Position numbers and translations under genes: made by a program. Below the pieces are notes generated by a model. The model saw only the letters and a program-made list of their open reading frames with translations. It was not told where the DNA came from and did not search any database. Shown piece by piece: positions 12,392-23,725 of a DNA stretch of 64,000 nt (the stretch's first letter is position 1; every line of letters starts with the position of its first letter). Source of the DNA: Lobosporangium transversale (Eukaryota). The stretch is from positions 62,001 through 126,000 of the forward strand of contig NW_019029024.1 of NCBI RefSeq assembly GCF_002105155.1, given 5' to 3'.

Positions 12392-14131
12392 AAAAGTCAA
12401 CAAGAATAGGTTTAGGAAATGAGTAATTGGTTATTAACTTTACCCTTGACAATAACTATCAATGGATAATCGTAGGTGCGCTTTGTTTTTGAAACGTTCT
12501 GTAAAATGCATCCAGGTGTTCCACTTCTACATCTCCATGGGAAACAAAAGCAACAAAAGAGAGCTGAAACATACGCCAAATTTGCAGCTCAAAAGGCCTC
12601 CTACTTGTTCTGCACAGATATTGCAGCCCGTGGATTGGACTTTGCCGCAGTCAATTGGGTTATTCAGCTAGACTGTCCTGAGGACCCAGAGACATACATT
12701 CATCGTGTTGGAAGAACAGCTCGTTATGAGGCAAGTGGACAAGCCATGCTGATGCTCTGCCCTAGCGAAGAGGCTGGAATGATCAAAGGACTTGAGCAGG
12801 CAAAGGTTCCAATTCAGGAAGTCAAACTGAAAACAGATGCCAAGGACGTCAAGAAGGAGCCGATTCAAAAGCAATTGCAGCGGCTGTGTTTCAACGATCC
12901 TGAAATCAAATATTTGGGTCAAAAAGCATTCATCTCATATATGCGATCTGTATACTTACAAAAGGACAAGACTGTCTTCGATGTCAACGCATTGCCTGCT
13001 GAAGAATTTGCAGCGTCATTAGGTCTTCCAGGTGCACCAAAGATCAAATTTGTTGCTAAATCCAAAGCCAAGAATGCTGTCAGAGGCAGTCAAAAGAAGA
13101 CGGATGGTGAAGATGAAGCAAGTGATGAGGATACTGAAGAAGAGGAGGGGGAAGAAGAAGAGAAGAGTAAGGTCAAGACACTGGATGCGAAAAAGAAGAA
13201 GAGCAAAAAGGAACCCGTACCTGAGGAGGAGAGTGTATCAACAGAGTCAGCAGCCAGTAAGCAACCAAAGTCAAAGATTGAAAAGATGTTCAGCCGCAAG
13301 AACCAGTCCGTCCTGGCAGAGCATTATACCAAACTGGTGGATCATGAAAGTGATACAAAGGGCTCCGGCGCAAGAGGTGTTCAGGAGGATGAGGACGAAG
13401 ATGAATTTTTGACAATCAAACGGGTGGATCATGATCTGGAGGGCGACGAAATCCCCGAAGATAAACCTCTGCCTATGTCAAAGAGGCAACAAAAGATGTC
13501 CAAGCTTGAGAGAACTAAGAACCAAGGCAGAGGAAACAAATTGATTTTTGATGAGGAAGGTGGTGCTCATGAGATTTATGAACTTGAGGATGAGGCATCA
13601 TTCCACGCCAAGGGTAATGCATTAGATCAACAGAAGGCGTTCTTGGAAAAGGAGAAGAAGGTCATGGATCAAGCAGATGCTATTGATAAGAGCACTGCAA
13701 AGGAGAAGCTGAGAGAAAAGAAACTTCGAAGAAAGCAGCGTGAGCGTGAAGAGATGGTAAGTCTACTTATGGTTTGATTTATTGTACATGTTATAAAAAA
13801 GAAAATATATATTATAGTAGTGATTATCTAACATCTATTATATTCTCTGAAATAGATGGACTACGACTCAGATGCAGAGGAGAATGTTGTCACTTTGGGT
13901 ACACCTGAGGATTCTGGTGAAGACTATGATATGGGCGACGATGATGGTGACAATAGCGACTACGAAGAAGATGAAGGCGAGATGGAAGAGGAACCAGTCA
14001 AGAAGCGTGGTTGGTGGCAGGATAAGGCAGATGCTGAGGAAGCCAAGAAGAAGAGAAAGGTGGTTGAGGTGGACGAACCTCAGACGTTGGCAGATCAAGA
14101 AGCACTCGCCCTTAAATTGCTGGGCATGTAG
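11173..14131 (+). CDS. DBP4: ATP-dependent DEAD-box RNA helicase DBP4/DDX10; 5 exons
   Basis: Q motif [27 protein letters not shown] and [11 protein letters not shown]4-specific segments [10 protein letters not shown] and [21 protein letters not shown], and C-terminal [16 protein letters not shown]. Confidence 0.95.
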
Positions 14132-14442
14132 AAATGATCCCCACAATCTGTCTATAGAATTTATTATCATTTTAATACTAGAGTAACTACAACAGCATCC
14201 TCATCATCACTATCTGCATTGACATTATCAATTCCTCTACACCCATCGTATCGCGACTATTCTCTTTCTGGCATATCACTCTTTAAATATAAAAAATAAA
14301 GAAAGCATTCATTCAATCTAAAAAGAAAGTTAATATGGCTGCATATACTCCGTCAGCTGATGTGACTATTACATGTTGATTATGTGTAGTAACAACAATA
14401 ACAACAACAAACACTTGCTCATGTCATTCACCAAGAGCACCA

Positions 14443-16151
14443 ATGGCGACACATGCAAGGTACAATTCAGAAGGCTGAATTCTCATTGGAGATAGTACTT
14501 TCGCGACATCGGAACGGATGGTTTACTTGTAAATATTGTTTATTTATCTACTTTTATTTATTTTATTTTTTCGCTTGGAAGAAGTTTTAGTAAAGGCAAG
14601 GCCGTACCAGGCTTTATGCAACCTAATACAGTCCTGTCATCGCGAGCCTCAATATTTGGAGATAGCTTTGATTGTCCAGCTCCTACAAGGAAAACAAGCC
14701 AACATGTGGATGTTTCAAGGAGAGGCCAGGATATGGATATGGATATGGATATGGATCAAGATTCAGAAAAGAATAGTGATGAAGAGATTGATGATAAGGG
14801 ATCCGAAGTGATCTTGGCAAAACTTTATGATCAATTGCAGGACTCTATCGTGATTAAAGGTAAAAGAACAGAATAAGAATAGGAAAATCTTGTTTTGGGT
14901 CCTATTCTCCTGTGCCGATGCATGCCAAACTAATGCTGGTATTAAATGTAAAAGAAAAGAAAACATTTTTTTCTTAACTTTTTGATCGATAACTTAGATG
15001 TTGACTCTGAAATACAAAGTGCAGTTGACAGCGAAATGAAATCGGTTAGTGCTCAAGGAAGCAAGCAGGGAAATAATAGCAATGGATGGACAGAAGAAGA
15101 GGAAGAAGATCAAGGATTGGAGTTCCGGTTATTTGCATCACAGGATGTCCCAACCGCTGTTTTGTTGACACAAAAGGAACCAGAAATTTTCCATGCTGTT
15201 CATCGTGAACGTCCTGATCTAGACGAATCGCCAGGATCTGAAAGGATGCAACATATTGCGGAAGCAGTCATTGACACGGCCACTGTTTTGAATCAATCTC
15301 GGGTCCCCTGGGTAAGCTATTTGGTCATTTGAAAATAGTATTGACAATAAAAACGATAAAAATAACCACACTAACATCCCTTATCCTTCTATACTTTCCT
15401 ATCTCTAAATGTTTAAAAATTGTAGCCAAGAGCATTTTTTGCTCACAAGGTCATTCACGTTCCATTTAAACAAAAGACTGAGTCTACTCAAAAGACTAAA
15501 AAAAGTAGACGGAAACGCGAATGGGAGAAGAAAGTCAAAGCAGGTTTGATCGATCAGGCGACCATTGAAGCAACATCCAGGAAGATAAAAGTTTCGGAAA
15601 GCTGGGGACGAAAACCATTTCTGGTACGGAAAGGCCTCGATCCAAATACGATCGATGCTGGCACTAGAAAGATAATGAAGAAGGACTATAACTCTTCGAT
15701 GAGAGGCAGAGGAGCACGAGGTGGAGGACGAGGAGGACGAGGAATGGCTGCTCGTGGTCGTGACTATAGTGGTGATCGCGACCGTGAGCATGGGGCAGAC
15801 ATTCCAAGCGCCATTGACAAGACGACTCAAACTCAACATCAACAGAAAACCGCTGATCAAAACAGTTTATACGGCACAAAGAAGGACAACAAAAGTAGAG
15901 TGAAAGAAATCAGCGAGCCTTCAAATTCTGTGGATCGTAAGAACAAAAGTACAGCGCAACCGGCATCCTCAAAAGCAACAGCATTAACAGCACTTGTGAT
16001 GTCTGCTACTACGCGTGCTGAAGCAACGCAGCATGGCATGATCAAAGCACTTCCAAAGGATTCACAGGCAGCATCACTACCAAAGAAACTCAAGTCGAGT
16101 AAACAACCATCTAAACTTGATAATATTATGGCGATTCTTACTGGAAAGTGA
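14443..16151 (+). CDS. Fungal protein of unknown function, DUF2011-like; 4 exons
   Basis: In-frame spliced model from MATHAS. An acidic stretch is followed by LEFRLF, ERP, VPW-PRAFFAHKVIHV and a basic KKSRRKR segment, recalled as the DUF2011 pattern. RGG-rich C-terminal region. Confidence 0.6.
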
Positions 16152-16324
16152 ACTGTGTATGTAGCATTAAAAAAAAAAAAAAAAAAAAAAAGTGGAACCA
16201 GAATGCGCCATTTGTGTGCTGTTAAAAATAACTCCTATGCTTTGTAGCACGGACCTTTTACTGAAGGAGAACCGAGCTCGGTCATATGGCACTTTACTAC
16301 TTTACTGTTAACTTTATTTGTCAT

Positions 16325-17071
16325 TTAAAAAAGATCGTCGGCTTGGTCCAAAAGACTTGCAAGTTGACTTGGCTCGATTTGTCCTGCCAACCAACAGGAC
16401 GCTTGACTAGTGTGAATGTCCCATGGGTTGTCGCCTTCCCTCGTAATAGATTTAAAGTATCTTATCGCCACAGCTGTCGCAGCAATTGTCGCTGAATGCG
16501 ACTTTATGTCTTGGATCTCCATTGTAGCTGCAACTATCGTAGGGATGAGACCCATACATGAGAGCAGCTCATCTCTCCATGGCCAGAACCCTTCAGATGT
16601 CTGCATTGACAACAAGACTGCTACACTTCTACCCTGATAAACTTGGGGGATGACATGCCGCCGCAACACCACATTGGCTTCTCGAACACTGTTCGTATTC
16701 ATGACGCTTGCCGGGGAAGCGGGGGGGATCAACACCTGATAGCTACTACTATGTTCTTTCGTGCCTTGACTGCTGTAGCAGCTATAATCAATCTGGGAAC
16801 TGAGGTGCTGCCTCAAAATTATATTATCCCGAATCCCTTCGATTATTGCGACCTTCGGCATAATGATATCTTCGGCTTCTTCGAGTTCTTCGAGTTCTTC
16901 GATTTCTTCGACTTCGAGTTCAAATTCGTCTTTGACTGTGACTGGCTGATACCGAAACCAACTCAGTTCTGGCGCTTTTTGGCTCTTGTGCCAATCGGGA
17001 TCGTTATCATCAGCGCCGAGAAAACTGTCAACGACTTTAGTTAACGTTGCTTCTTGCGAGCCGATTTCCAT
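16325..17071 (-). CDS. Small intronless protein resembling the C-terminal helical domain of VIT/vWA (VWA5A/PARP4-like) proteins; copy 1
   Basis: ATG at 17071 (MEIGSQ). The C-terminal LLSMQTSEGFWPW...L...MG...ATAVAIRYF...W.....QA..WL fits the LQ..DG.W / WAT.LA / W...KA..WL pattern of VWA5A-type C-termini. Confidence 0.55.
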   Translation of the reverse strand: MEIGSQEATLTKVVDSFLGADDNDPDWHKSQKAPELSWFRYQPVTVKDEFELEVEEIEELEELEEAEDIIMPKVAIIEGIRDNIILRQHLSSQIDYSCYSSQGTKEHSSSYQVLIPPASPASVMNTNSVREANVVLRRHVIPQVYQGRSVAVLLSMQTSEGFWPWRDELLSCMGLIPTIVAATMEIQDIKSHSATIAATAVAIRYFKSITREGDNPWDIHTSQASCWLAGQIEPSQLASLLDQADDLF

Positions 17072-17114
17072 TTTTTTTTTTTCTTTTTGACTTAAAGACA
17101 AATGGAGAAAACTG

Positions 17115-17147
<33 letters not shown>

Positions 17148-17430
17148 AAGAAATGAAAGAGGGGATGATAATATGACAAAAGAGGAGAGGAGCATTAGTT
17201 TACATTTAAATTATAAATGACCTACAAGGTCCTCTTTCCAACCTCATTCACTATCACATAGAGTGATAGAGCTCTCACCTCTGTTTGCTATATCTCCTTT
17301 CATCTTTCCAAAACTCAAAGCACTGTCAATATTGGCCTGAAGCTTTGAAGAAAAGCTAAGAAAAATTGATTGGATGGTAAAATAGAAATAATTAGAGGGC
17401 GCATTTAAGAAATATAGACCGGATAGAAAT

Positions 17431-17660
17431 AACAGTAACAGCAACAAACACTTGCCCATAATATTCAGCAAAGACTACCATTATGGATACGCAGAAGGTA
17501 CAATTAAGGGGATTGAATTCTTGTTGGAAACAATCCTCTCACGACTTAAAATCAAGGCTATACCAAGCTGTATGCGAGGAAAAAGGAGATCAAGGATTGA
17601 GTCTCGGTTGTTTAATTCTCAGGATGTCCAAACTATTGTTTTGTTGACACAAAAAGAATA
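17431..17660 (+). pseudogene. Decayed, multiply deleted copy of the DUF2011-like gene
   Basis: Three consecutive blocks resemble 14391-14507, 14598-14620 and 15098-15179 (e.g. GATCAAGGATTG...CAGGATGTCC...TGTTTTGTTGACACAAAA). Confidence 0.8.
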
Positions 17661-17674
17661 TTTTTATTCCATCA

Positions 17675-18275
17675 TTAAAAGAGATCGTCGGCTTGGTCCA
17701 AGAGACTTGCAAGTTGACTTGGCTCGGCTTGTCCTGCCAACCAACAGGACGCTTGACTAGTGTGAATGTCCCATGGGTTGTCGCCTTCCCTCGTAATAGA
17801 TTTAAAGTATCTTATCGCCACAGCTGTCGCAGCAATTGTCGCTGAATGCGACTTTATGTCTTGGATCTCCATTGTAGCTGCAACTATCGTAGGGATGAGA
17901 CCCATACATGAGAGCAGCTCATCTCTCCATGGCCAGAACCCTTCAGATGTCTGCATTGAAAACAAGGCTGTCACACTTCCACCTTGTTGAACTTGAGGAT
18001 TGGTATGCTGTCGCAATACCACATTGGCTTCCCGGATACTATTCATACTATTCATATTCATGACGGTTCTGTGGTACCATTTATATTTAGATCCGCTGCG
18101 CGTGCCTGACAATTCCATATTGTCTTTTGTGGCGCCGCCCTCCTTCACACTTGTTTGTTGTCCCATGTCCAAAAAATTGTCCTGTTCTTCAGTTTTTTTG
18201 ATCATTACGGCAATTAAGGTCGATATTATCATTGCTGAGAGATCTATTAGCGGCTTTAATTGATGTTACCTCCAT
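17675..18275 (-). pseudogene. Copy 2 of the VWA5A-C-terminus-like gene with a 1-bp frameshift (pseudogene or homopolymer sequencing error)
   Basis: The homologous ATG at 18275 (MEVTSIK) reaches TGA after a 7-A run (18193-18199). Removing one A restores the frame into the 17675-18232 ORF, whose C-terminus is nearly identical to copy 1. Confidence 0.65.
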
Positions 18276-18617
18276 TTCTTTTTTTTTTTTTTTTTTTTTT
18301 TTTGAGACTTAAAAAGAAAGATGAAAGGGAGGAAAGAAATGAAAGAGAGGATAATAAAACTAAAGAGCATTTTGTTTTTTAACTGCGGTTCTTTTTATTT
18401 ACATTCAAATTATGAATGGCCTGTCTCTGAGAAAAAGATTGACGCCTCACTTATTGCGACAGAATTCTTACCTCTGCTGGCTACATCTATCGATAGATGT
18501 CGAGAAATAACGACAAAAGGTTAGAGTATTTCGTGGCCAAATAATGAGGACAATAACGCACAGACATTGTCCAGAGACAAATGAATAAGGATTCTTTTTC
18601 TTCTTTTATATGTGTAG

Positions 18618-21241
18618 GCCATAAATCGAATAGTTCAAACCTTGTGTTCAATATCAATCAAAACGCACTAAGTCCATGTAGAGGATGCACTTACAGAATG
18701 CATGATGCACGCACAAAACACATGTAAAATTTCCTAAATGCAAGTCACTATTATTTTAAATACTCAAGCATAAATGTCTATTATAATGCTGCATGCATAG
18801 AATGATAGTAATATTGACACACCTAGAGCTTTTTTTTATGTTCTTTTATGGTGTTTCCTTCTTGTCAAAGGCTCCTCTTCTTCGTTCTCTTCCTCTGTCT
18901 CTCGCGCTTCGCTCTCCTGTCTTTTTTTGGACGCTGAAGTGCCTTTCATCTCTTGTATTCTCTGTTTATTCTTTGCACGGATAGAGGCGATAAGATTGCT
19001 GACAGATTCGAGAGCTCCACCATGAGTATCTTTCATATTATAAAGGTTTCTGCCTAGTAGAGCGAACTCAGTGGCAATCAGCTTTCTCTGAGAGTATCTA
19101 GAAGGATCAGTGGCACGCATTCTTGGAGTCCAGTGGCGAAGCGCCAAGACTAAGCCTTTTTCTGGATCGCCTTCTTCCCATTGCAGAACCGCCTCTCTCC
19201 AATGTATGATATCAGGGATCCTAGGAGCTACCGGAGGCTCGGTGTCATCTTGAGGAGGCTGCACCACTGATGGTAGCGGTGCCATATGTCGAATATTGAT
19301 AGGATTAACTATAGGTGAAGACCTCTGGAAGAGTGATTGGATCTGCTGAGTGATAGCCGCTCCAAGATCGGCTACTTCCTTCTTCATCTCCTGCTGTGTC
19401 TTATTTACATCATTAATAATAGCAATCCGTAGGGTATCAAGCGCAGTATCCATTGTTTGCACAGTTACCAATTCTGTGGGGCTGGATTCTCCCATAAACC
19501 TAGTGTGTCGACTAGTGTTCTTTACTGGAGAGAGCATGTCACCGTAGCCAGTCTCATAACGCACAAACTCATCTAATAGATACCGCATAACTGTACCAAC
19601 TCCTTCGCCTTCGGACCAGCCGCCCCACCATTTTACTGCCTTGAGAGACCATTTTTCCTTTGCAAACATGAAGCGATGCTGCGCTCCACCCCGACGGAAA
19701 CAATGAGTTGTGTACCGGCCATTGCGTTCAGCAAGTAGATTTGCAGCATCAGTAAATTCATCCAACAAAGACTGGATTTTTGGATGTGAAAATGCCTCTT
19801 TGAGCTTGACACGACCTTTATTATCCAACGAGGGGAACACAAAGTCCTCAGGATGGAGCGCTCGGCTATTTTTCTCTAGCCATTTGATCCAGGTTTGCAG
19901 TTTAGTATAGCAGCAAGCATGAGGTTCTTCGGGAAGTGGATGGATCTCATATATATTGGCTATCAAATTAATTAACAATCGGATCACGACGAATTAAAAG
20001 AAATGAATAAAAGAATAAGATCGGGTATGCAGAGATAACGCAGCTTCATAAAGCATACAGGAAACATGATCCAGATAAAAAGAAATGGTAGCCAGGACGA
20101 TATGAAATACCTTTTTCAGCATTCGCCTGGTTTGTTTTACGAAAAGTCAAAGTGATTTTAAAGTATGATCGCCCACAATCCGTCTTAAGACCAAGATCAA
20201 GGTCTTTTCCTTTAAGCCTCAGTAGTTCCTCGTTTCTAGGGAAAGTAGCAATCATCACCGAATGAGATTGGCGAGCAGTAGGATTATAATAACGCAGATT
20301 GACGCGAAATATCACCTTGTCCATAAAGCGAAGCCTGTTGCAGCAAATGCTTGAAAAAACAGACACAACCCTTCGCCGTGCTTTGCAATGACATCTGGCT
20401 CTTGGAGGTGTTCCATTAGCTTTGTCAAATCCTTGTAGCTCATGGCAAGGCTTTGCTTGCTTTGACCATTTCGCCCATCGCGTTTCTTTAGAGAAACCAT
20501 GTAGTCCTCAAAGGCCTGATCATAAACAGGATTTCCTGTAGAAAAGCGTAAAGTAAGTTAAATTGCAGTTGATAAAGCATCGCGTTTCCTGCCTTCATTC
20601 CTCTCGCCACCCATTATTACACACCTAACCATCGTCCGTTCTCGAATCGCCAAAAGTTGCCCTGGCATTGGAACTGATCTTTGAAGTATTGCTTGAATGA
20701 ACTTCGGATACCCTCAGCTGTTTTGTATGATAAGCTACTCTGGTCACACTTGAAGGCAACAAAAGCTAGAAGGACAACTGGGGTTGCTCCGCTAAGCTCA
20801 TCAAATGCAGCTGAATACTCCCCACCCATACTAAGGGCATACTTCTTCCCTCGCTCAAGGTGGCCTGAATAACTAGTCTTTGTCTTCACAGCAAAACGAT
20901 AACGATGGGCCGTTTTCGTTTTCTTTGCAGCATCCAAGGCATCGCGTAGGTTGATACCAGCCTCGATATTGATGGACAGACTCTCAGAGACAGTGGTGGA
21001 GTCCATTGGTGAGAGGGAGCGGGGAGAGAACGGGGAGGGAAGCTGTATGTTTATAAAAAAAAAAAACGATATCTTTCTACATCTTTATATATAATGATTT
21101 GATCCATTTTTGATTAATAACAACTTTTAAAAATTCTAAACATTTTTTGCATGAATTTGTTACACAATCTTCGAATATGCAAATTTACCCCCTTTATTTT
21201 TTGGGCTCATTCAAAATTTTTCATAGGAAATGACATGCCAT
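18618..21241 (-). mobile_element. Putative Crypton element; boundaries tentative
   Basis: A lone intron-containing tyrosine recombinase with no RT and no long repeats. Candidate 5-bp direct repeat GCCAT at 18618-18622 and 21237-21241 is short enough to be chance. Confidence 0.4.
18836..21006 (-). CDS. Crypton-like tyrosine recombinase, 4 exons (21006-20625, 20535-20316, 20235-20111, 19959-18836), 616 aa
   Basis: All three GT-AG introns are phase-compatible (1851 nt spliced). Catalytic set: R (LWTR-NEE), K (FRKTNQ), HxxR (HCFRRGGAQ), W (WWGGW), Y (MRYL). N-terminal core-binding-like domain and C-terminal GCR1_C-like segment (W.E.V.QW..GDP...YSQRK.I..EF). Confidence 0.85.
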
Positions 21242-21471
21242 CCAGTGTTCTATTGCCTTTGTGCTCACTTTTTTTTTTGAACTATTTTATATACCATGTA
21301 TAAATATTGTGTTCTATGAGAGCCTGTCGGTTGTTGAACTAGATCGAGGGCGAAGCAATGTCAAATCAAACTCAAATGAATCAGATGTGCTTTCCTCATC
21401 CTTCATTCGTCGTTTTCTAGATTCATCACTTTTGCTTTATTAACACAGTAATATTAAAATAGAAGTTTTAC

Positions 21472-22455
21472 ATGTCAGGCTCTGAAGAAAACAAACCACT
21501 CCACGTAATGATCGTGGGAGCCGGTCTTGGAGGTGTCATGTTGGCAATTCTACTAGAGCGACTCGGTATATCGTACACGATCTTTGAACGATCAAGTGAA
21601 ATTCAACCCCTTGGTACTACAATGAACAGCTTGACAAAAAAAAAAAAAAAAAAAAAAAAAACCTAGATGTTTATTTGAAGTACTAAAAAAATAATTTATC
21701 TCAGGATCTGCCATGGTGTTTGGTGCAAACATCCTCCCGGTCTTTGAGCAATTGGGCTTGCTAGAACAAGTTCAAAAAATCTCGCTCCCTTGCCTGAGAA
21801 TGGATATTTACAATAGTAAAATAGAAAAGGTTGCTTTTGTTGAAGTAGGGCAATACCGTGAAAGGCAAGTGAACAATCCTAAAAAAATCGCGTTTACACT
21901 TGATCCTTTTACTAATCTAATTCTTTTTCTTGTATGTACGTGTATATGTATTTGTGCATGGGTGTATGGGCAAACGATCCCATAAATAAACGTATTTTTC
22001 AGGAGCGGTTACGATTTCTTGATGTTTGCTCGACCGGATATGCACCGCCTGCTTTTGTCGCAAGTACCATCCGAAAAAATACTCATGAAGAAACGCGTTC
22101 TCTCTATGGAGCAAAATGACATTGGAGTGATGGTTCGTCTTGAAGATGGATCGAGCCATATTGGTAATATCCTTGTGGGCGCCGACGGTGCATACTCTGG
22201 AGTCCGGCAGGGATTATTCAAGCTTTTGGAAAGAAAGGATCAACTTCCTGCAGCGGACAAATCGAGTTTGAAAGTCGGTTACTTGTCAATGGTCGGTGTG
22301 TCCAACCCACAAGATCCTGGAAAGTACCCGGTCCTAAAGGAACCAACCTCCAATTTCTCTCGTGTCATTGGAGATGGAACCCCACATTCTGTACGCTCTT
22401 TTTATTTTTAATAAGTGCTATTTAAAGAAGAAAGAGATGCGGCTAGCGATTGCTG

Positions 22456-22488
<33 letters not shown>

Positions 22489-23636
22489 CGAGCGCAGTAC
22501 AATACAGTTACTGTTCCTGGAAACAGAATCTGCTGGGGAATGACAGTTCAGTTGGATACATCCAAATCGATAGAAGGAACCATGTTCAAGAACGAAGAAT
22601 GGGGCCCTAAAGCGAACGAGAGCATGATCGAGGAGATCCGCAACTTCCCTAGCCATTTTGGAGGCGCGATTGGCGATTTAATTGACGCTACTCCCAGCAA
22701 TATGATATCAAGAGTCTTTTTGGAAGAGAAGCTGTTTGAAACATGGTATCATGAACGTACTGTGCTTATTGGAGATGGTAGGTGAAGAAAGAAAACATTA
22801 GACAGAAGATGGTGCTGCTCTATTCCCATTTTCTCCTACTTATTAGCTACTGTTATTTTATTCACTTATAGCTTGCCACAAGGTAGACCAGCCCGAGTCA
22901 AGAGGACATTAAGCAATCGATAATGATCTCATTCATTCAAATAACTTTGTTTTGCTCACTCTTCACTGATTTATAATTGATCTGCTGCTTTAGATGCTTC
23001 CTAGTGGCGGACAAGGTAAAGCTAATAGTACTTCATAATAGTTCATTCCCTTTGAAATAACACATTGCAAAATCAGGGATATGTAACTTATATACGCTAT
23101 TTGATAGGAGCTACAAATGCATTGCAAGACGCTGTGATTCTGGCCAATTGTTTGTATGAGATGGCGTCCAATTCATCCAGTGAGATCACAAAAGCATTCA
23201 AGTCCTATAGGGATCAGAGATATCCACATGCGAAATATCAAATGGAGAAGAGCAAAACCATGGGTAAAATCCTCTACGGACAAGTAAGTGCATATTACAG
23301 ATATAAGTTTATGATAAATATCTTTCTTATTGTTTTTTTCTCTTTTTATTATTGACGGTATTTTTTTTTTTTTTTTTTTTTCTTTAAAAAAAAAAAAAAA
23401 AAAAAAAAACGGTACTGTAGACATTATCAGAACGACTGCTACGTTATGTGGCATTTAATATGATTCCTCAAAAAGTCCAAGAGGAGCAGTTTCTAAAAGA
23501 TACAGTCTACCGTCCTGTTCTGACTTTTATGGATCCACCAGAGAACCGTGGTTCAGGCCCAGTGTTACCGCAGATGCATTCGAAGCGTTACACAGCTGAA
23601 AAGCAAGCACGCGAAGCAACAATGACTACAAACTAA
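21472..23636 (+). CDS. FAD-dependent monooxygenase (FAD_binding_3, UbiH/salicylate hydroxylase-like); 8 exons including 11-nt and 22-nt micro-exons
   Basis: VMIVGAGLGG Rossmann motif, LVGADGAYSGVR (DG motif) and spliced VLIGD-ACHK-MLPSGGQ-GATNALQDA (GD motif). Confidence 0.93.
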
Positions 23637-23725
23637 CAGGACCGTAGCTTTAAGCTTTGTTTCTCTCACTGCTTTATTATCTTTAAGAATACTGTTAATA
23701 TGATCAATAAAAAAGTTTCTTTTTT

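Noticed and set aside
14729..14756. GATATG x4 and other microsatellites (TA, TAC, AATAGT runs)
   Set aside because: Ordinary simple repeats with no spacer structure.
18188..18199. In-frame TGA in copy 2 as selenocysteine or programmed recoding
   Set aside because: Homology continues in a different frame, so a 1-bp homopolymer indel explains it. No SECIS was recognised.
18720..21240. Weak inverted similarity around the recombinase gene (CATGT..ATTTCCTA versus TAGGAAAT..ACATG)
   Set aside because: Too short and gapped to call a TIR in AT-rich DNA.
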